64,000 nt of DNA, taken from Vicugna vicugna. Taxonomy: Eukaryota. Numbering within the stretch: the first letter of the stretch is position 1; the number at the start of each line of letters is the position of its first letter. The position numbers and the translations under genes were made by a program. The stretch covers positions 1,736,001-1,800,000 of the forward strand of contig MU058718.1 in assembly GCA_013265495.1 (NCBI GenBank), written 5' to 3'. This document shows, in pieces, positions 61,101 to 64,000 of the stretch. Below the pieces are notes generated by a model. That model made no database searches. It was not told the origin of the DNA and saw only the letters and a program-made list of their open reading frames with translations.

Positions 61101-64000
61101 CCATTGTGACTTTTGTGACCTAACTGAGCCCACTTTATCTGGATATTGAAGCCAACAATTTAGCTATGCCTAGTCTAAAAGAAAGGTGTTCATTTAAATT
61201 TATATTTACTCTTCCTTTTGAACTCGTACTAGCAGATAAAATTTGAACCAGTTTGGGGTACATGAATCAGAAGGGGAACAGTAGTTTTGTTTTCCATTGA
61301 TAGGAAGTCAGTATTATTACATATGAAAAAGGTTTTAATTATAGGAAACATGTATTTGTTTTACTGACTGTTCGGATAGTTTTCTGACCACATGTGGACA
61401 TTTTAGATTAAAAACTGATCATTGCTGAGTAATGGCTAAGTGAACTCTCTTGCTCCCTGTGTTTTAACTAAGCTCCTTGTAGCCACCTCATAGTCTTGTT
61501 TTGAGAATTATTATATATAACATGTGTAGAACAGTGGTTGGCACAAAGTACTAGGTGTTAACTGTTTCTGTGTAGATGTCAGAAAACAAGATACCTTATT
61601 TGTGGAAACTCACATGAAGGTTAAGACTGATCAGTGCAGAATTGTTGCGTACCCAGGGTTTGTTATTGGCCTGTACCTCAAGACAGATGAAATGTTTGTC
61701 AAGAAGAATAGTAGGGAAGTGGCCAAAGCATTTAGAAATAGCTATGGGAAGGCATTAGGAATATAGTTAGAGGTATTTGATGAGTTTAGAATAGTTTCAT
61801 AGCAGTTCTGATGGCAATGATGTATGCATTGTACACTAGGGAATATGTCATTTCTATTAATTGACTAAAGTAATAAAGGTATTTAATTGACCAAATATTT
61901 TATGTGAATGTATAGTTTCCAGAAGCAGTCACTAATTATTAACCACAGCTTCCCCCACCCCTACCCTTCCCCCTTTTGGTGTACTTATAAAGCCTACTTG
62001 CATTATTAAAATTCTAAAGCACCTGCAGTTTCAGATGCTTTAGAAAGTGGTTTTCATGATATATTAGGAGAAAATGTTGCTCCCAATAAGAAGGTAGAAA
62101 AATTAGGGCTTTTCCTGCAAGTACCTAAATTACATGATATTTATTAACTTGGCATAGCTGTAGTCATCTCTAAGGTCTATTTCATTCGAGGGTTAATAAC
62201 CTAAATACTTAATAATCCTTCATGAGGTACAGGGCATCATGGGAAAGTAGTGGAGTTCAAGCTAACAGAAGACACGCTTTCTTCATCAGTTTCTGCCTCT
62301 AATAAAGCAGAACTACAGGAATAGAGATGCCTGGCTCTAAAAAAGTATTGGAGACTTATATCTCTTACTCTTTTTAACTACCTTATCTCCCACTAGCCCA
62401 GCCTGGAAAGCAGCCGTGGGCTGCATTGGAATTCTGACTTTACTGTTTTCGAACTGTGACAGAGATTTTCTGAGAGCTCCATTCCAGATCAGGTCTGCTT
62501 TAGACTATTTTTCAGTGACCTACTAAAACAGCACAAAGATATAAATGACTAATGAGTGTATTTGTGTGGAGGGCAGGACTTGGCACTACCTGACCAAGAC
62601 ATTCAGGACTTTTCTTTCCCTTTGCATTGTACCATTAGTTTAAAAACTGATCTAATATTAGTTATTAACCCACCTTGTTTGTGTATGGCTCAGATGTAAT
62701 AATGATGTTGTGCAAGTTAATTTATATAAATTTTCAGAGTGATTGATACGTTTTTCTCTCCTCCATCTGTCATCACTCTCCTTTTCTTCCTTCCTTTACT
62801 ATTTTATCATTAAAAAATATTTTTTGTATTCTTCCCTCTTCCAAATTTTATTTCTTGGGTCTTTAATCTCCACATCACACCTTATAATTTCTGCTTTGCT
62901 TAAATCTTTGATTTCTGAAACCCTAGGGCTGATCCTTTTCTGTGGAGAACTAGGGAAAGCTAGATGTACTGCACTGGTCATGGGACCCTCTGAGAATTAT
63001 GGTCACCTGGTAAGGAGAGTAGGGGCATAGAAAGGAGAGAGAGAGATGGGGAATGTGTTCACAGGAATCTTAAGGTGAAGAGATGGGGAGGTACACAGTT
63101 CTAGAATCCCTGATTGCTGGGAAATCTAAGACCTTTATCTTTTCATGAGCATGATGAAATTTAAACTGTACATGGTATCAAGAAAAACTTCACCACTGGT
63201 AAAGTGTATAGATACAGTCTCTTCTTTTTGCCACAGTTCATTCCTAAAAGCCCAGTTAAAAAGCAAAACAGGGAAAACATTTTTATATCCACTGTATATA
63301 ACCTATAATTCTTTTTTGAGTTTGCCTTGGAAAAGGGGAATTGTGCCTGCAAAAGATGTTGAATCACTGACAAAAGAATGGATTAATTGGATGAAGAGTA
63401 TAATACAGATACTTTTTGATATCGCTGGATTAGGGGAAAAGTGAAATTCAAAGTGGTAAAAAGTAGAAATTGCCTCTGCCAGAGAACTAAGAAAAAAAAG
63501 TAGAAATATTGATATGATGATATAAGAGTAATTCTGTTTTATGTACTACTTTCTAATTTTGCCAGATTTTTCTGTTATATAAAAGTAAATGATATACTCA
63601 TTAGTATTTGTTCTGTGTCTGGTTACATCAAACCGTATCTACGTAATCTTTATTATTACTGCACTTGTATATTCAAATAAATTCTGTTGACTGACTGTTG
63701 GGGGGGCATGGCTTGCCTTTCGAAATTACACTCTTAATGGTATTTCTGTACCCCAAGACCTCAGATATCTGGAGTCTTTGAGAAATATAAATTCCATCTG
63801 AATGAATGACTTTTCCAAATAGTTGAGAGTTAAGCTTTTATTTGCTAGAGTATAATTTTAACTATATGAATGGAAAACTCTCTAATAGTACTGATTCTCC
63901 CTGTGGCTATTTCTCAGTGACTCTTCATTCTGAACATCTATGCAGGATGGTCCTTGGGGCAAAGAACTGGATGAACTGCGCTAAAACATAAGATTCTAAA
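58107..64000 (+). other. DDHD1: DDHD1 intron 1 (5' part)
   Basis: Starts GTGAGT. No sequence encoding the expected next residues (…ADKIPVMRGQWF) is seen in the window. AT-rich with MIR/L2 relics. Confidence 0.9.
59520..60570 (-). mobile_element. intronic LINE-2 pieces (~59520-59645, ~60030-60570) with a MIR (~59860-60015)
   Basis: 'attcactcattcattca..cagtcctcacccttcaggagctt', 'gtcaggaaggcttccc..agggcattccagc', 'aaggtaatgaacttgtccaaggtcactcagctag'. Confidence 0.7.

Noticed and set aside
1..64000. CRISPR arrays, operons or other prokaryote-type systems
   Set aside because: Sequence is mammalian; no regularly spaced repeat-spacer array or dense gene cluster was seen.

Overview
Mammalian genomic DNA, very probably camelid (alpaca/camel), judged from a Vic-1-type tRNA-derived SINE and camelid-style L1 3' ends. 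About 57 kb of repeat-rich intergenic sequence lies upstream of the CpG-island promoter and first coding exon of DDHD1 (PA-PLA1; + strand, ATG 57278, phase-1 donor after 58106), followed by ~6 kb of intron 1. The intergenic part holds a heavily degraded class I (ERV1) provirus on the - strand (~19.7-29 kb). Its gag start, protease GRDLL, RT YVDD, RNase H and integrase zinc-finger remnants are still readable through nested L1, LTR and hAT insertions. Also present are a betaretrovirus-like solo LTR with a 6-bp TSD spanning an assembly gap, an ERV1 solo LTR with a 4-bp TSD, a near-perfect ~415-bp tandem duplication, tail-less L1 insertions, and many MIR/L2/MaLR/DNA-transposon relics. I see no convincing novel multi-gene system. 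The best functional lead is the DDHD1 leader, with two uORFs (one whose stop overlaps the main start as ATGA) and a possible 5'UTR intron that would remove them. Repeat family names come from recalled consensus sequences, not a database search, and boundaries without TSDs are approximate.
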